A program made the translations under genes and the position numbers. A DNA stretch of 64,000 nucleotides, taken from Cyanophora paradoxa CCMP329. Lineage: Eukaryota; Plantae; Glaucophyta. The stretch covers positions 61,556-125,555 of the forward strand of contig QPMI01000217.1 of assembly GCA_004431415.1 (NCBI GenBank), read 5' to 3'. Below the pieces are notes generated by a model. The model saw only the letters and a list, made by a program, of their open reading frames with translations, was not told the origin of the DNA and did no database searches. Of the stretch, positions 1 through 10,832 are shown piece after piece; position 1 is the stretch's first letter; each line of letters opens with the position of its first letter.

Positions 1-97
1 GAGGGGTGAGGGGAGAGGCGGGGGAGGAGGGGGGGGGGCCGGGGCGGGCGGGGGTAACATATGCCATGATCATTATGCCTAGTAGCATGCGATCATG

Positions 98-121
98 TAT
101 ATATATATATATATATATATA
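98..121. repeat. (TA)n microsatellite
   Basis: Run of TA dinucleotides visible directly. Confidence 0.9.
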
Positions 122-289
122 CGTATACATGTGATCATGGACTCTGAGACCAAGGGCGCCGGCGCCAGCTAGCGCTCGCGGTGCTACGTATACAGAGTGC
201 ATGCACTGCTGCATGCAGAGCCTAGCTGTAGATAATAATTATAAATCAATAATCATTAGTATGACTTCAACAGGCGCAGGGGACACGCA

Positions 290-2397
290 TCAGTCGAAGA
301 TGCGGAGGACATCCTTAACCTCGCCGCGGCGGGGGGGCAGGAGAGGCTTGCGGCATTTCGGGCACTCGTTCGTCCCCTCCTTGAGCCGCTGCACGCACGT
401 CGAGCAGAAGACGTGGCTGCAGTGCGGAAGAAGGCGCCGCTCTGTCGGGTCCCGCTCCTCCCGGCAGATCTGCGGCGCTGGAGTAAGACGCTTCTAGGCG
501 CGCCCGTCGGGCCGGGAGGCCGGGGCGGGCGCACGGGACACTCGTACGTTGCTGGGCCCTCAGTGCGCCTCCGCTTGACGCGCTCCTCGGCGAGAGCCTC
601 CGCCCGCTCCTCCGCGAGGGCGGCGACCTGTGCCTCGAGCCGCGCCGCATGCTCCGCCTCCATCCTGGCGCGCTCCTCGGTGCGCTCCTCGGCGAGGCCC
701 CTTGAGAGCCATCTTCCGCCGCTTGCGCGACTCCGCAGCGCCGCGTCCGCCGCCTCCAGCGCCGCCACCGCCCTCCCCTCGTGCGCCGCCCTCTCCGCCG
801 CCTCCGCCGCCACCCGATCGCGCAGTGCTGCGAGCTCGTCCCGCAGCGCCGCGACCTCGGCCACCACTTGCTCTACTCGCGCCGCCGGCTGCTGCTGGAC
901 CGCCGCCGGCGCCTGCTGCAATGCTGCCGCCGCCGCCGTCGCCGGCCGCAGAGGTTGCTGCTGGGCCGCCGATGCCGGCTGCTGCAGCACGGGCTGGGGC
1001 GCCGGTGGCTGTGCTGAGGGCTTGGAGCGCCGCCTCTGCCCCGGCTCTGCTGACCCCGACGCTGAGGCAACCGCAGCGGGGGCGGGGAGGGAGCGGAGGT
1101 GGGCGAGGGCGGCGGCTCCCGACACGCGGGCATGCTCCGGCAGGTCCGTGAGGGGGTTGCCTTCTACCTCCAGCGTCTCCAATTGCAAGCCCGCGAACTC
1201 CGGCGAGCTCTCAAATAGACGCAATCCCCAGATCTGCCCGATCTCCTTAGGCAGGGCCGCTAAGCGGTTGAACCTCACATCCAGCCGCCGCAGCTGCACG
1301 AGCTCTCCAATCTCAAGCGGCAGCGTCGTCAGCTGGTTGTAGCTCACGTAAAGGTATAGCAGAGCCGTCAGCTGACCGATCGTCGACGGGAGAACCGTCA
1401 ACTGGTTGTTATTTTGCTGGCTGGAGCCTAGAATCAGCTTCTGCAGGTTGGCGAGGTGACCGATCTCCGGCGGCAGTGCCGTCGGCTTGTTGCCGCTCAC
1501 GTCCAGCTTCTGCAGGGCCGCGAGCTGGCCGATCTCCGCCGGCAGCGCCGCCAGCTGGTTGTCGCCCACCTCGAGCTCCTTGAGGCTCGCGAGGCGCCCG
1601 AGCTCACGCGGCAGCGTCGCTAGCCCGTTGCCACACAGGGTAAGCTTCTGCAGGTTGGCGAGCTGACCGATCTCCGGCGGCAGCATTATCAGCTGGTTGC
1701 CGCTAATGTCCAGCTCCTGCAGGCGCCCCATCTGCAATACCTCCAATGGCAGGCCTGTGAGCTTGTTGCTGCTGACGTTTAGGACCTGGAGGTTCGCCAG
1801 CTGACCAATCGCCGGCGGCAGCTCTGTGAACTGATTGCGATCCAGAAGCAGCAAACGCAAGTTGGCGAGGTGCCCGATCTCCGACGGCAGCGCCGTTAGC
1901 TTGTTGCCGCTCAGCCACAGCTCTGGCAGGTTGACGAGCCAACCGATTTGCGGCGGTAGTGCTGACAGCATGTTGCGCGACACATCCAGTAGCCGCAGGT
2001 TGGCAAGTTGACTGATTTCCGCAGGCAGCGTGGTCAGCTGATTGATAGCCACGTCCAGGTACTGCAGGGCTGCTAGCTGACCGATCTCCTCCGGCAGCGC
2101 CGTCAGCTTGTTGGCGCCCACGAGCAGCTTTTGCAAAGCCGCCAGCCGACCGATCTCCGGCGGGATGGCTGCCAGCTGGTTGAAGTCGATGACCAGCGTC
2201 TCCAGACTCGTCAGCTTGGCGAGCTCCGCGCCGGGGATGCTCGTGAGTTTGTTGCCGGTGAGGCCTAGAACACGGACGTTCGCGGGGCCCGCGCGGTCGA
2301 TCTCTTCCGATGGCCACGCCGTGCGCTCAGATGTCCCACACCAGTCATCGCCAGCGAGGTCCAACTTGCCCTCGCTTGCTATCCAGCCGCTCTGCAT
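290..2397 (-). CDS. LRR - coiled-coil - C3HC4 RING protein (putative E3 ligase), 2 exons
   Basis: About 15 LRRs of roughly 23 aa (LxxLDVSxNQLTxLPxEIGQL). A GT-AG intron at 534-470 joins ...TYECP to ICREERDPTERRLLPHCSHVFCSTC...ECPKC...IFD* (stop 292-290). Confidence 0.9.
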
Positions 2398-2680
2398 TCA
2401 CACAGCGGATCTACGGCGCAGTGAGACGCGCGCCACGAGCGCTCGGGCGACGTGTATCCAAACACGAACCTGCAACGAGCATGAGCATGCAAATGCTCGA
2501 ACGTCCTAACGCCGCGATCCGCGCAGAAGCGAGCAGCGAGCTAGTGTACCCAGCGACGAGCGGCCGGGTTCGGCCCGCTGCTTACAGCGCTTCGTAGCAC
2601 TCCGCGTAATCACCAGCAGCGTCTCCATAGCGCAACGGCGATCCGCCAGGCACCGTCGTTCGCAGCCTTGAGTTCCCCAG

Positions 2681-5002
2681 ATGTCGGCGGGATTCGTCTC
2701 GCACGCGCCGCCGGCAACGGCTCGGCCCAGGCCGCCGTCGCTAGCGGAGCCGCAAGCGGGCCCTTCGCGCGCGTGTCCTTCCGCGCCGGCGTGCTCTGCG
2801 GTCGTCTTCACATACACCCGAGACACCGAGGTCGTCGTCTCGTGGACCGTCCTACCCGCGGTGTGCTCTACAGGCAACCGATCGAAGAAGCAGTCGCGGC
2901 GCCGGCGGGAGGACGACGATGACGGAGCGGAGGGCGCGCCCAGCGAGATGCCGCCGTGGCTCTGGTGGGGCGTCGGCGGGCTGGGAGGCCTGCTCGCGCT
3001 GGGCGCGACGGTGAGCTCGTCAGCCTCAGCTTGCGAGACGTCCGCTTATCGGGCCGCAGACGGGCTTCAAGTTCGGCCCGTCCCCCGACGACAGTGCTCG
3101 CGGCCCCGCCCTCTTTCATGCGGGCCAGCGCGGCTGATCGAGCGGCGCGGCAGACGCGCCGGCGATAACGTTGTCGGCGTTCAGCGTGGCGCGCCACGCC
3201 TACGACGAGATCATCCCGCTCTTCCAGCAGAAGTGGCTCCAGGAGACGGGCCAGCGCATCATATTCAGGAGAAGCTACGGCGGGTCGAGCCAGCAGGTGT
3301 GGGACTCATCTTTCGTCGTCTCGTGCCCTTCCCGACGAGCGCGCCGCAGTCTCGGGCCGTGCAGGACGGCCTGGAGGCGGACGTCGTGGCGTACGCCCTC
3401 GGCGCCGACATCACGAACCTCGAGAAGGTCGCGAATTCGATCCCGCCGTCAGCTCGATCGCTGAGTCCGCGTCGGGCAGATCGGGCTGGTGTACGCCGGC
3501 TGGGAGAAGCGCGCGCCGAACAACGCCGTCTTCGCGAGATCAGTGCGGCCGGGGCGCCGCCCCTCCCGCCCCCTCCGAACCGACGTCGCCGACGTCGACG
3601 GTGCGCCTCAGGTGGCGTGCCTGCTGGTGCGGCCGGGCAACCCGAAGGGCATCCACGACTGGGCCGACCTGGCGCGGGACGACGTCAAGGTCATCTTCTC
3701 CTCCCCCAAGACCAGCGGCGTCGCCCAGTGGTCCGCGACGGTGTACCCGGAGGAAGAAACCCGCGCACCCCGCTGAGGCGCCGCGCCGCAGGTGCTTCCT
3801 CGCCATGTTCGCCGCCTTTGAGCAGGCCACGGGCTCCCAGGAGGAGGCCGTCAAGGTGGGACCCTCGTCCCCCGCTTCCAGCGTACCCCCCTCACCCCAG
3901 TGACATCGTTTCAGATGCTCGGCCACGTCATCGTGAACGCCCCCATCCTCACTCGGGACGGCTCCGAGGCCCGGCGAGCCCCTCCCCTCCCCCCCCCCTC
4001 ACACCCTGTATCCCCCCTCTGACCGGGTACCGCGACGCAGGGAGGTCTTCCTGGAGGGCGAGAAGGGGGACGTGGTGCGCCCTCCCCCAAACCGACCTCG
4101 GATCTGAAGCGTCCGGGGCTCACGCACCCCTCCCGGGAGCAGCTGGTGACGTACGAGGCGGCGGCGGTGGCGTCGGGGATGAACGGCGGCAGCGAGCCCT
4201 ACGTCATCCCCGACGTCAACGTGCGGCCCCTCGACCACGGGCCGCGCCCGCGCCGCCTCGAACTCCCCTCTGACGGCCGGCCGCAGGTCTCCATCGAGAA
4301 CGTGATCGCGGTTGTGGACCGCAACGCCGAGAAGCACGGCGTGCGCGAGACGACGCCGCCCTTTTAGAGAATTCGATCGCCCGAGGGAATTTGATCGCCG
4401 CCAGATCCGGGAGGTGGCGGACGCCTTCCTCAAGTTCTGCTTCACGGACCCCGCCCAGCGCGTCCTCGCCGAGCACGGTGCCCGGCCCCCGCCCCCCTTG
4501 TCTTGTCTTTCTGTCAGGCCGGGCGCTGGCCGGCGACGAGGGGCGCTGAGGGGCGGCGGGGCGGCAGGGTTCCGGCCGGTGTCGGCGGCGGTGGCGAAGA
4601 ACGACTCGCACGCGCACCCCGTCGTGCACAGCCTCAAGTCCGTCAAGGACTTCGGCGGCTGGTGCGCCGCCCGCGACCGCTTCTTCATCGAGGGCGGCAT
4701 CTACGACGCCGTCCGCCCCCGCCCCGCCCCGCTCCAGCAGGCCCCGCCTGCGCCCGGCCTGACGGCGGGCGCAGGCGGAGCGGTGGGCGGACCACCTGCG
4801 CCAGGAGCACCGCCGCCACCGCTTCTCCTCCTCCTCCAGGCCCAAGCCGCCCCTCTCCCCGCCCCCGCCCGCCCCGCCCGCCCCCGCGGCCACCCCCGCC
4901 CGCCCCGCCCTCCCACTGCAAGAAGTCGACCCCCCAGCCCGCCCCAGCCGCTCGGCCCGGCCCGGCCGCTCCGCCCGCCGCGGCGCCCCGTCCAAGTCTT
5001 GA
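2681..5002 (+). CDS. sbp: Sulfate ABC-transporter substrate-binding protein (Sbp/CysP family), probably plastid-targeted, multi-exon
   Basis: Spliced exons give SYGGSSQQSRAVQDGLEADVV, VRPGNPKGIHDWADLARDDVKVIFSSPKTSGVAQW, GDVLVTYE, SIENVIAVVD, AEHGFRP and FGGWCAARDRFFIEGGIYD. The N-terminus MSAGFV... is followed by a hydrophobic WLWWGVGGLGGLLAL anchor. Confidence 0.88.
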
Positions 5003-5184
5003 AGTCAGTCTCATTGAATATTACGCACTATCTGCTGGCCGCCAGCCCTGGCACCCGCCCAGCTTCAACAGTGCCACGGTGCAGTGCTAGCGTTCTAGTA
5101 AGTTCGAAGTTATGGCAGACACCGTGCACGTGGCACTGCTCTACACAATCACCGAGGCGTTCAAAGAACAGCCAGGGAAATCAA

Positions 5185-6630
5185 TCAGCGATCGAAGATG
5201 GGAGAGACACCCGTGACGGGCTTACGGCATGTGGGGCACACTTTAGCGCCGTCCTTGGTCGCCAGGGTCTTCTGCGCGCAGGTCGCGCAGATGACATGCC
5301 CGCAATTCGTGAGGAGGCGCCGCTCCTTCGGGTCCTGCTCCTCGCAGCAGATCTGCGGCGCCGAGGTTGACAAGAAAGCGCTCATCGGACCGACAAGGCG
5401 GGCGCACGGGACATTCGTAGGTGGAAGGGCCTTCGAGGCGCCTCCGCTTGACGCGCTCCTCAACGAGGGCCGCTGCCCGCGCCTCGATCCGCAGCTCCTC
5501 CACTCGCTTCGCCGCCGCCTTGAGCCGCTCGGCCGCTGCCTCGAGCTCCGCCTCGCCCCACTGCTGATCGTTGGGCGCGGCCTTGCCCTCGTAGAGGACC
5601 AGAAGCAGCTCCAGCTCGGCCTGCCGCCGCTCGGAAAGGCCAAGGCGCTTGTCCTTCTCTGCCTCGAGCGCCTGTGCACGCTTCTGCTACGCCTTCGCCT
5701 CCTCGAGGCGCTTCTGGAGCTCCCCGAGCTCACGTCTCGTCGCCTCGAGCGTCTTCTGCAACTCCGCCTTGTCCTTCATCCCCCACTTGAGAGTATCAGC
5801 CTCCATTTTCATCTTCACCAGCCTGTAGACGTGCTCGGCTCTCTCCTTTTCGAGCTCCGCTAGTTGACTGCGCTGAACCGCGAGAGAGCGAAGGTAGACG
5901 AGGGCAGCGGCTCCGGACTTGCGAGCGCGCTCCGGCATGGTCGTGAGGGGGTTCTCTTCCACCACCAGACTGCGGAGGCTCGCGAGCTGCCCGATCGCCG
6001 GCGGCAGTGCCGTCAGCCGGTTGAAGCTAACGTCCAGCTGCCGCAGGGCCGCAAGCTGTCCGATCTCGGCCGGCAGCGTCGCCAGCTGGTTGCCGCCCAC
6101 CTCCAGCTCCGTGAGGTTCGCGAGGCGCCCGAGCTCAGGCGGCAGCGTCTCTAGCCCGTTGCCGCACAGGTTAAGCTTCTGCAGGTTGGCGAGCTGACCG
6201 ATCTCCGGAGCCAGCGTTGTCAGCTGGTTGAAAGCCATGTCGAGCTCCTGCAGGGCAGCGAGCCGTCCGACCTCAGGCGGCAGCGTTGTCAGCCGGTTGC
6301 TGCTCACGTCCAGCTCCTGCAAGGCTGCTAGCTGCCCGATCTCCGCCGGCAGCGCACCTGGTTGTTGCCCAAGCGCAGCTTCCGCAAAGCCGCCAGCCGA
6401 CCGATCTCCGGCGGAATGGCCGTCAGCTGGTTGAAGCAGAGGTCTAGCTCTTCCAGGTTCGTCAGCTTCGCTAGTTCCGCGCCGGGGATGCTCGTGAGCT
6501 TGTTGCGGCCGAGGTTCAGCACGCGGATGTTCGCGGGGCCCGCGCGCTTGATCTCCTCAGTCGGCCACGTTGTCCGCCCATCGCCTGACAAGTCGAGCTT
6601 CCCCTTGCCTGCAATCCAGCCCTTCTCCAT
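5185..6630 (-). pseudogene. Second LRR - coiled-coil - RING paralog, disrupted
   Basis: MEKGWIAGKGKLDLSGD... parallels the gene at 2397. It has a frameshift at ~6357 and an in-frame TAG at 5689-5687. The RING is split by an intron (5407-5353) at the same ECP|IC position. Confidence 0.75.
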
Positions 6631-6975
6631 GGTGCTGCGGCGCGTCGTGAGCCGCGCTGCGCTTCGCGAGCCCCGCATGAGCGGTGCGTGCGAACCTTGA
6701 CCAATGATGAGACTGCCATAAAGCTTTCGAATTCGAACTGCACATGCTTTCGAATCAAATTCGATTCGAATCAAATTCAAATTGAATTCGAACCTCGACG
6801 ATCGAACAGCTTGATCCAGCTCAAGAAGTTCGAAGCATACATCCGGAGGAGTACGTCCGATCGAACGTGGACAGCCTGGCAGAGCAGCTGCCTAGCTTTT
6901 TTTGCCAACGGGGTAGTGGATTCAGCTGTGACTTGCGGCGCGGATCGAGAGGCGCGCCGAGACTCGCGCGCGGCC

Positions 6976-8649
6976 AAGCTGGAGGAGCCGGAGGTTGCGG
7001 CGAGGGCTTACCGCTCGGGCCGGCGCGCCGACGAGAGCGAGGCGCAGGGAAACCTGGTCGCCGGCGTGCAGAACCACATCGCCGCGGCGCTCCTCTACCT
7101 GCAGGCGGCGGAGGCGGCCTCCTGCGACGGCCGCGTCGCCGACTCGCTCAAGGTGCCTCGAGGCGGTCGCCTGACCGCCCTCCGCCCGCCCGTGCGGCGT
7201 TGCAAGAGCGCGGGAGCAAGCTTTCTTGCGGCAGGTACTCGCGTACGGGCACGCGCAGCGGGCGCAGAACCTCAAGCGCCGCGTCGAGCTCTTCGTCGAG
7301 GCGGAGCGCCGCGTGCGGGCCGCCCCGCCGTCCCGCGCCGTGCACGGCAGCCGACGCGTCTCCTTCGCGCAGCGGGCTGCAGCGCAGGGGGCGGGGACGC
7401 GGGCGGTGACGGTGACGTCGGGGATCCGCGTGGAGGACCCGCAGTTCGTCCTCAGCGCCTCCGTCTCCCTAACGATGCCGGGCGTGCCGAGCACCAGCCC
7501 CGCTCCGCCGGCCGCGAGCGCCTTCCTCCACGTCGCCGCCGCGGGATCCGCGGGGCCGGCGGCGGAGGCGGCGGCGGACGAGGAGTTGCTGATCGAGTGG
7601 GCGGGCCCCGCGGCGGCGGCGCCCGAGGCGGCGGAGGCGGAGGCGGCGGGGGCGCCGTGGGGCCGCTTTATTCAGGCGGCAAACCGCCTCCTCGCCGCCA
7701 TCCCGCCCCTCTACCGCGCCCCGGCCCGCGCCGGCCCGCCGCCCGCCGCCGGCCCCGCACCCGCCCGACCCCGCAGCGTGCGCGCCCAGCGGCTCCACCC
7801 CAGCTCGCCCTTGATCCCGTCACAGCAGCCCCACCCCCAGCGGCGGCGGCGGCGGCGCCCTCGGGGGACGGGGAGGTCGCTCAGGTGAGCCTCGTCCTCC
7901 TCCCCTCCCTCCCTCCCTCCACCCTCACAGCGCGCCGGGCCAGCTGCGGGAGAGGTGGCGCGGCTGCGGGGGGCGCTGGCGGAGGCGGAGGGGCGGCTGG
8001 CGGCGCTGGGCGGGGAGCACGCGGCGCTGCTCGCCGAGCGGCAGCGCCAGCGCGACGCCCTCCGCGCCTCCGTCCTCGAGTTCCGCAGGCGCTCTGGGCC
8101 CGGGCGGGGCGTGGGCGGGGCGCCTGGGCGGGGGCCTCAGCGGGGCGGGGCGGGCGCAGGAGGTGGCGGCGCAGGCGGCGAGCATGCAGGCGCTCCCGTC
8201 GCCCGCCGCCTCCGTCGCCTCGCTCGCGCCGGCCGCCGCGCAAGACCCGAGGGCGAGGCGGGCGGGGGGAGGGGCCCGGGCGGGGGCTCTGGAGGCGCGG
8301 GTGCGGGAGCTCGAGGCGGAGCGCGCCGAGCTCCTCAAGCGCAACCGTGCGCCCGCCTCCCGCGCGAGGCCGCGGCGGGGCGCCGAGGCGGGCGGCAGGG
8401 GCGCAGGAGGAGACCATCCGCCGCTACCGCGAGAAGTGGGAGCAGGCGCGGCGGCCCCGCCCGCCCCACGTCCCCGCCCGCCGACCGCCCCGCGCACAGC
8501 TGAAGGAGAACGCGCGGCGGCGCAAGGCCGGCGGGGCGGCGGCGGGGCCCGAGGGCCCGCCCGGGCTCCCCGGCCCCAGCACCTCCGCCCCACCCGCCGC
8601 CCCCGCGACATCGGCCCCCGGGGCCGCCCCCGCCGCCCCACGGCCGTGA
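6976..8649 (+). CDS. NRBF2/Atg38-like protein (N-terminal MIT-like domain, C-terminal coiled coil), multi-exon; no in-frame ATG found
   Basis: AYRSGRRADESEAQGNLVAGVQNHIAAALLYLQAA...DSLK|VLAYGHAQRA resembles the NRBF2 MIT helix pattern. The C-terminal IRRYREKWEQ|LKENARRRK resembles fungal Atg38-type tails. Recognised from memory only. Confidence 0.6.
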   Translation, partial: KLEEPEVAARAYRSGRRADESEAQGNLVAGVQNHIAAALLYLQAAEAASCDGRVADSLKVPRGGRLTALRPPVRRCKSAGASFLAAGTRVRARAAGAEPQAPRRALRRGGAPRAGRPAVPRRARQPTRLLRAAGCSAGGGDAGGDGDVGDPRGGPAVRPQRLRLPNDAGRAEHQPRSAGRERLPPRRRRGIRGAGGGGGGGRGVADRVGGPRGGGARGGGGGGGGGAVGPLYSGGKPPPRRHPAPLPRPGPRRPAARRRPRTRPTPQRARPAAPPQLALDPVTAAPPPAAAAAAPSGDGEVAQVSLVLLPSLPPSTLTARRASCGRGGAAAGGAGGGGGAAGGAGRGARGAARRAAAPARRPPRLRPRVPQALWARAGRGRGAWAGASAGRGGRRRWRRRRRACRRSRRPPPPSPRSRRPPRKTRGRGGRGEGPGRGLWRRGCGSSRRSAPSSSSATVRPPPARGRGGAPRRAAGAQEETIRRYREKWEQARRPRPPHVPARRPPRAQLKENARRRKAGGAAAGPEGPPGLPGPSTSAPPAAPATSAPGAAPAAPRP

Positions 8650-8898
8650 CCGCGACCGCTTCTTCTTCACCCCTTCTCACCGATCCCCCTTCTCCTTCTC
8701 GACCACGGGCGCTCGTCCGTCTGGGGGACCCTTCAATTTGTGAATACTGTAAATACCAGATAGACGAGACATACTAATTATAAATAGACGGTACTATACT
8801 AGAGTACAATCGCAGTCGACGTCCGGTCCCAACTTCTCCACCGACTGCGATGCGGAGAGAGAGAGCGCGCTGGCCGTGCGCGCGGGGCCGGGCCGGGA

Positions 8899-10604
8899 CT
8901 AGGGCGCGGGGAAGGCGGGCGGCTTGTCGCTGCAATTGACCCAGGAGGGGACCCAGCCGCAGCAGGCGTCGAAGGGGCGCTTGACCTTGAAGAGGTCGTC
9001 GTGGGGCGCGATGGGCGTGCCGGCGCCGTAGCCCGCCCCCGCGCCGACGCGGCGGTGGGTGCCGAAGGCGGCCCCCGAGGCGTGCGTCATCCAGAGGAGG
9101 TCCTCGTCGACGTGGGAGCCGTCCACGCTCGAGTCCCACAGCCCGTCATCCCGCGGCGCCCGCCCCGCCCGGCTCCCCCGCGAGGCCGACGGCGCCGCGA
9201 GGTGCGCCGGCGGGGAGGGCGCCGGGGCCGGCCGGACGACGCGTAGCGCCCTTCCTCGGCCAGCGCCGCCCGCAGGTGCGGCGTCGGCGACGCGTTGCCC
9301 CGCCGGTCCGCCCCGGGCTCCGCGGGCGGCGCAAGGGGCTCCTCCCGTGGGGCCTGGTCGAGGGGGTCGAGGGAGGAGGAGAGGGCCGGGGGCAGGGCCT
9401 CGGCGCCGAGGCAGCCGTCGTCCTCGCCCTCGGCGAGGGACTCGCCGCGGGAGGGCGGCTCCCAGCCCCGCGCCGCCGCCTCCGCCGCCGCCATGTGCAC
9501 CCGCGCCGCCGCCTTCGGCACGCACTCCCCCGTCCGCACGTTGAACAGGTACTCTGCGGACCCGATCCCGCGTCGGATCGAGGGGCGTGGGGGGCGGGAG
9601 AGAGGGGTAGAGGGCGGACCGCGGCCGTCGGGCTCGACGTACTCGTGCCAGGTGGCGCGGGGCGGGGGGCCCCCCGCGAGGCGCTCCGCGAAGGCGGCCG
9701 CCGCGCGCGCCCGCACCGACGAGATCGCCGGCTCCTCCTGCCGGCTCGGGCCCGCCTCCGAGCCGCTCCGGATGCGCGGCAGCGGCTGCGCCGGCGCCCG
9801 CGCCCCCGCGGCGGGTCGCTGCCGGCGATCGCGAGGCCCTCGCGCGGGGGCGCGGCGGGCGGCTCGCCGGGGACGGCGGGCTCCTCGGAGGCCGGGGTGC
9901 CGAGGTCGGGCCCGTGCCAGACCTTGCGGGCGCGCGGCTCGGACTTGCGGACGCCGCGGGGCACGAGGCCGGCGTTGTCGAGGGCGGGGCTGTTGGGCCC
10001 GAGCGCCCGCTTCAGCGCCACCGCGTTGCGCGCGATCGCCGCCGTCAGCGCGTCGAACACGACGTCCCGCACCGGCGACCGCAGCACGCACTGCGCCGCC
10101 CGCGGTTGCCGCGCGCGAAAAGCGCGCAGGGGCCGACGCGGGGGGGGAGGGGGCTGACCTCGCTCGTCGTGCGCGAGCCGGCGTTGAGGATGAGGATGCG
10201 CATCACGTCGCTCCCCGTTTTCAGCACTTCCCGCACGGCGGCCAGCGAGTACACCAGCGTCGACGGGCAGCTCTTGAACAGGCCCGACTCGGCTCGAATC
10301 CACGCGAGCGCGGATCTGCACGCACGGGAGTCGGATTCGAGTGCACCATCCCCGCCGCGAACCCCAGCGGTCACGCACTGGAACACTAGGAGGTCGCCCC
10401 GCCCCAGCTCGTCCTCTGACGCGGGTTCAAGCAGCGCCGTGCCTTCGAAGGCTGCGAAGAGCGTTAAGAGAATAAGCGCGCGCCTAGACTGGCGATCTTC
10501 GCAAAACCACACATCTGCGCACTCTCAAGTAGGAATTCGTCATGCGGCAGGCCGATACTTTGCTTCAGCCTCCGCCTGTCGTCGTCGTCCGCAGAGGGCG
10601 GCAT
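8899..10604 (-). CDS. GRAM (PH-like) domain protein with a degenerate WW-like segment, multi-exon
   Basis: MPPSADDDDRRRLKQSIGLPHDEFLLE|AFEGTALL...GDLLVFQ|..IRAESGLF..TLVYSLAAVREVLK fits the GRAM pattern. A later segment TWHEYVEPD..YLFNVRTGEC is WW-like. Confidence 0.6.
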
Positions 10605-10832
10605 CTCGGAGCGGCGGCTAACTCCGAACGCGGGTGGTCGCGGGTGCCAGGGACTTGGGGGGAGTACAGTGAACAAAGTCGGCTCTCCGCATTCGAGCGT
10701 GGCACAGCTGACGCCGCCACGCGGGTGAAGCTCGCTCGGAGGAGCTAGGCTCGCTCGGGAAGCTTGCCCGAGGACAACCGTCCCGCCGAGGTACAAGGAG
10801 CCGAGTTTTCGGCGAAGTCGGCGGGAGGCACG

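Noticed and set aside
5687-5689. In-frame TAG as evidence of stop-codon reassignment or readthrough
   Set aside because: TAG terminates intact genes here (PITHD1, TMEM231, RPN2), and this locus also has a frameshift.
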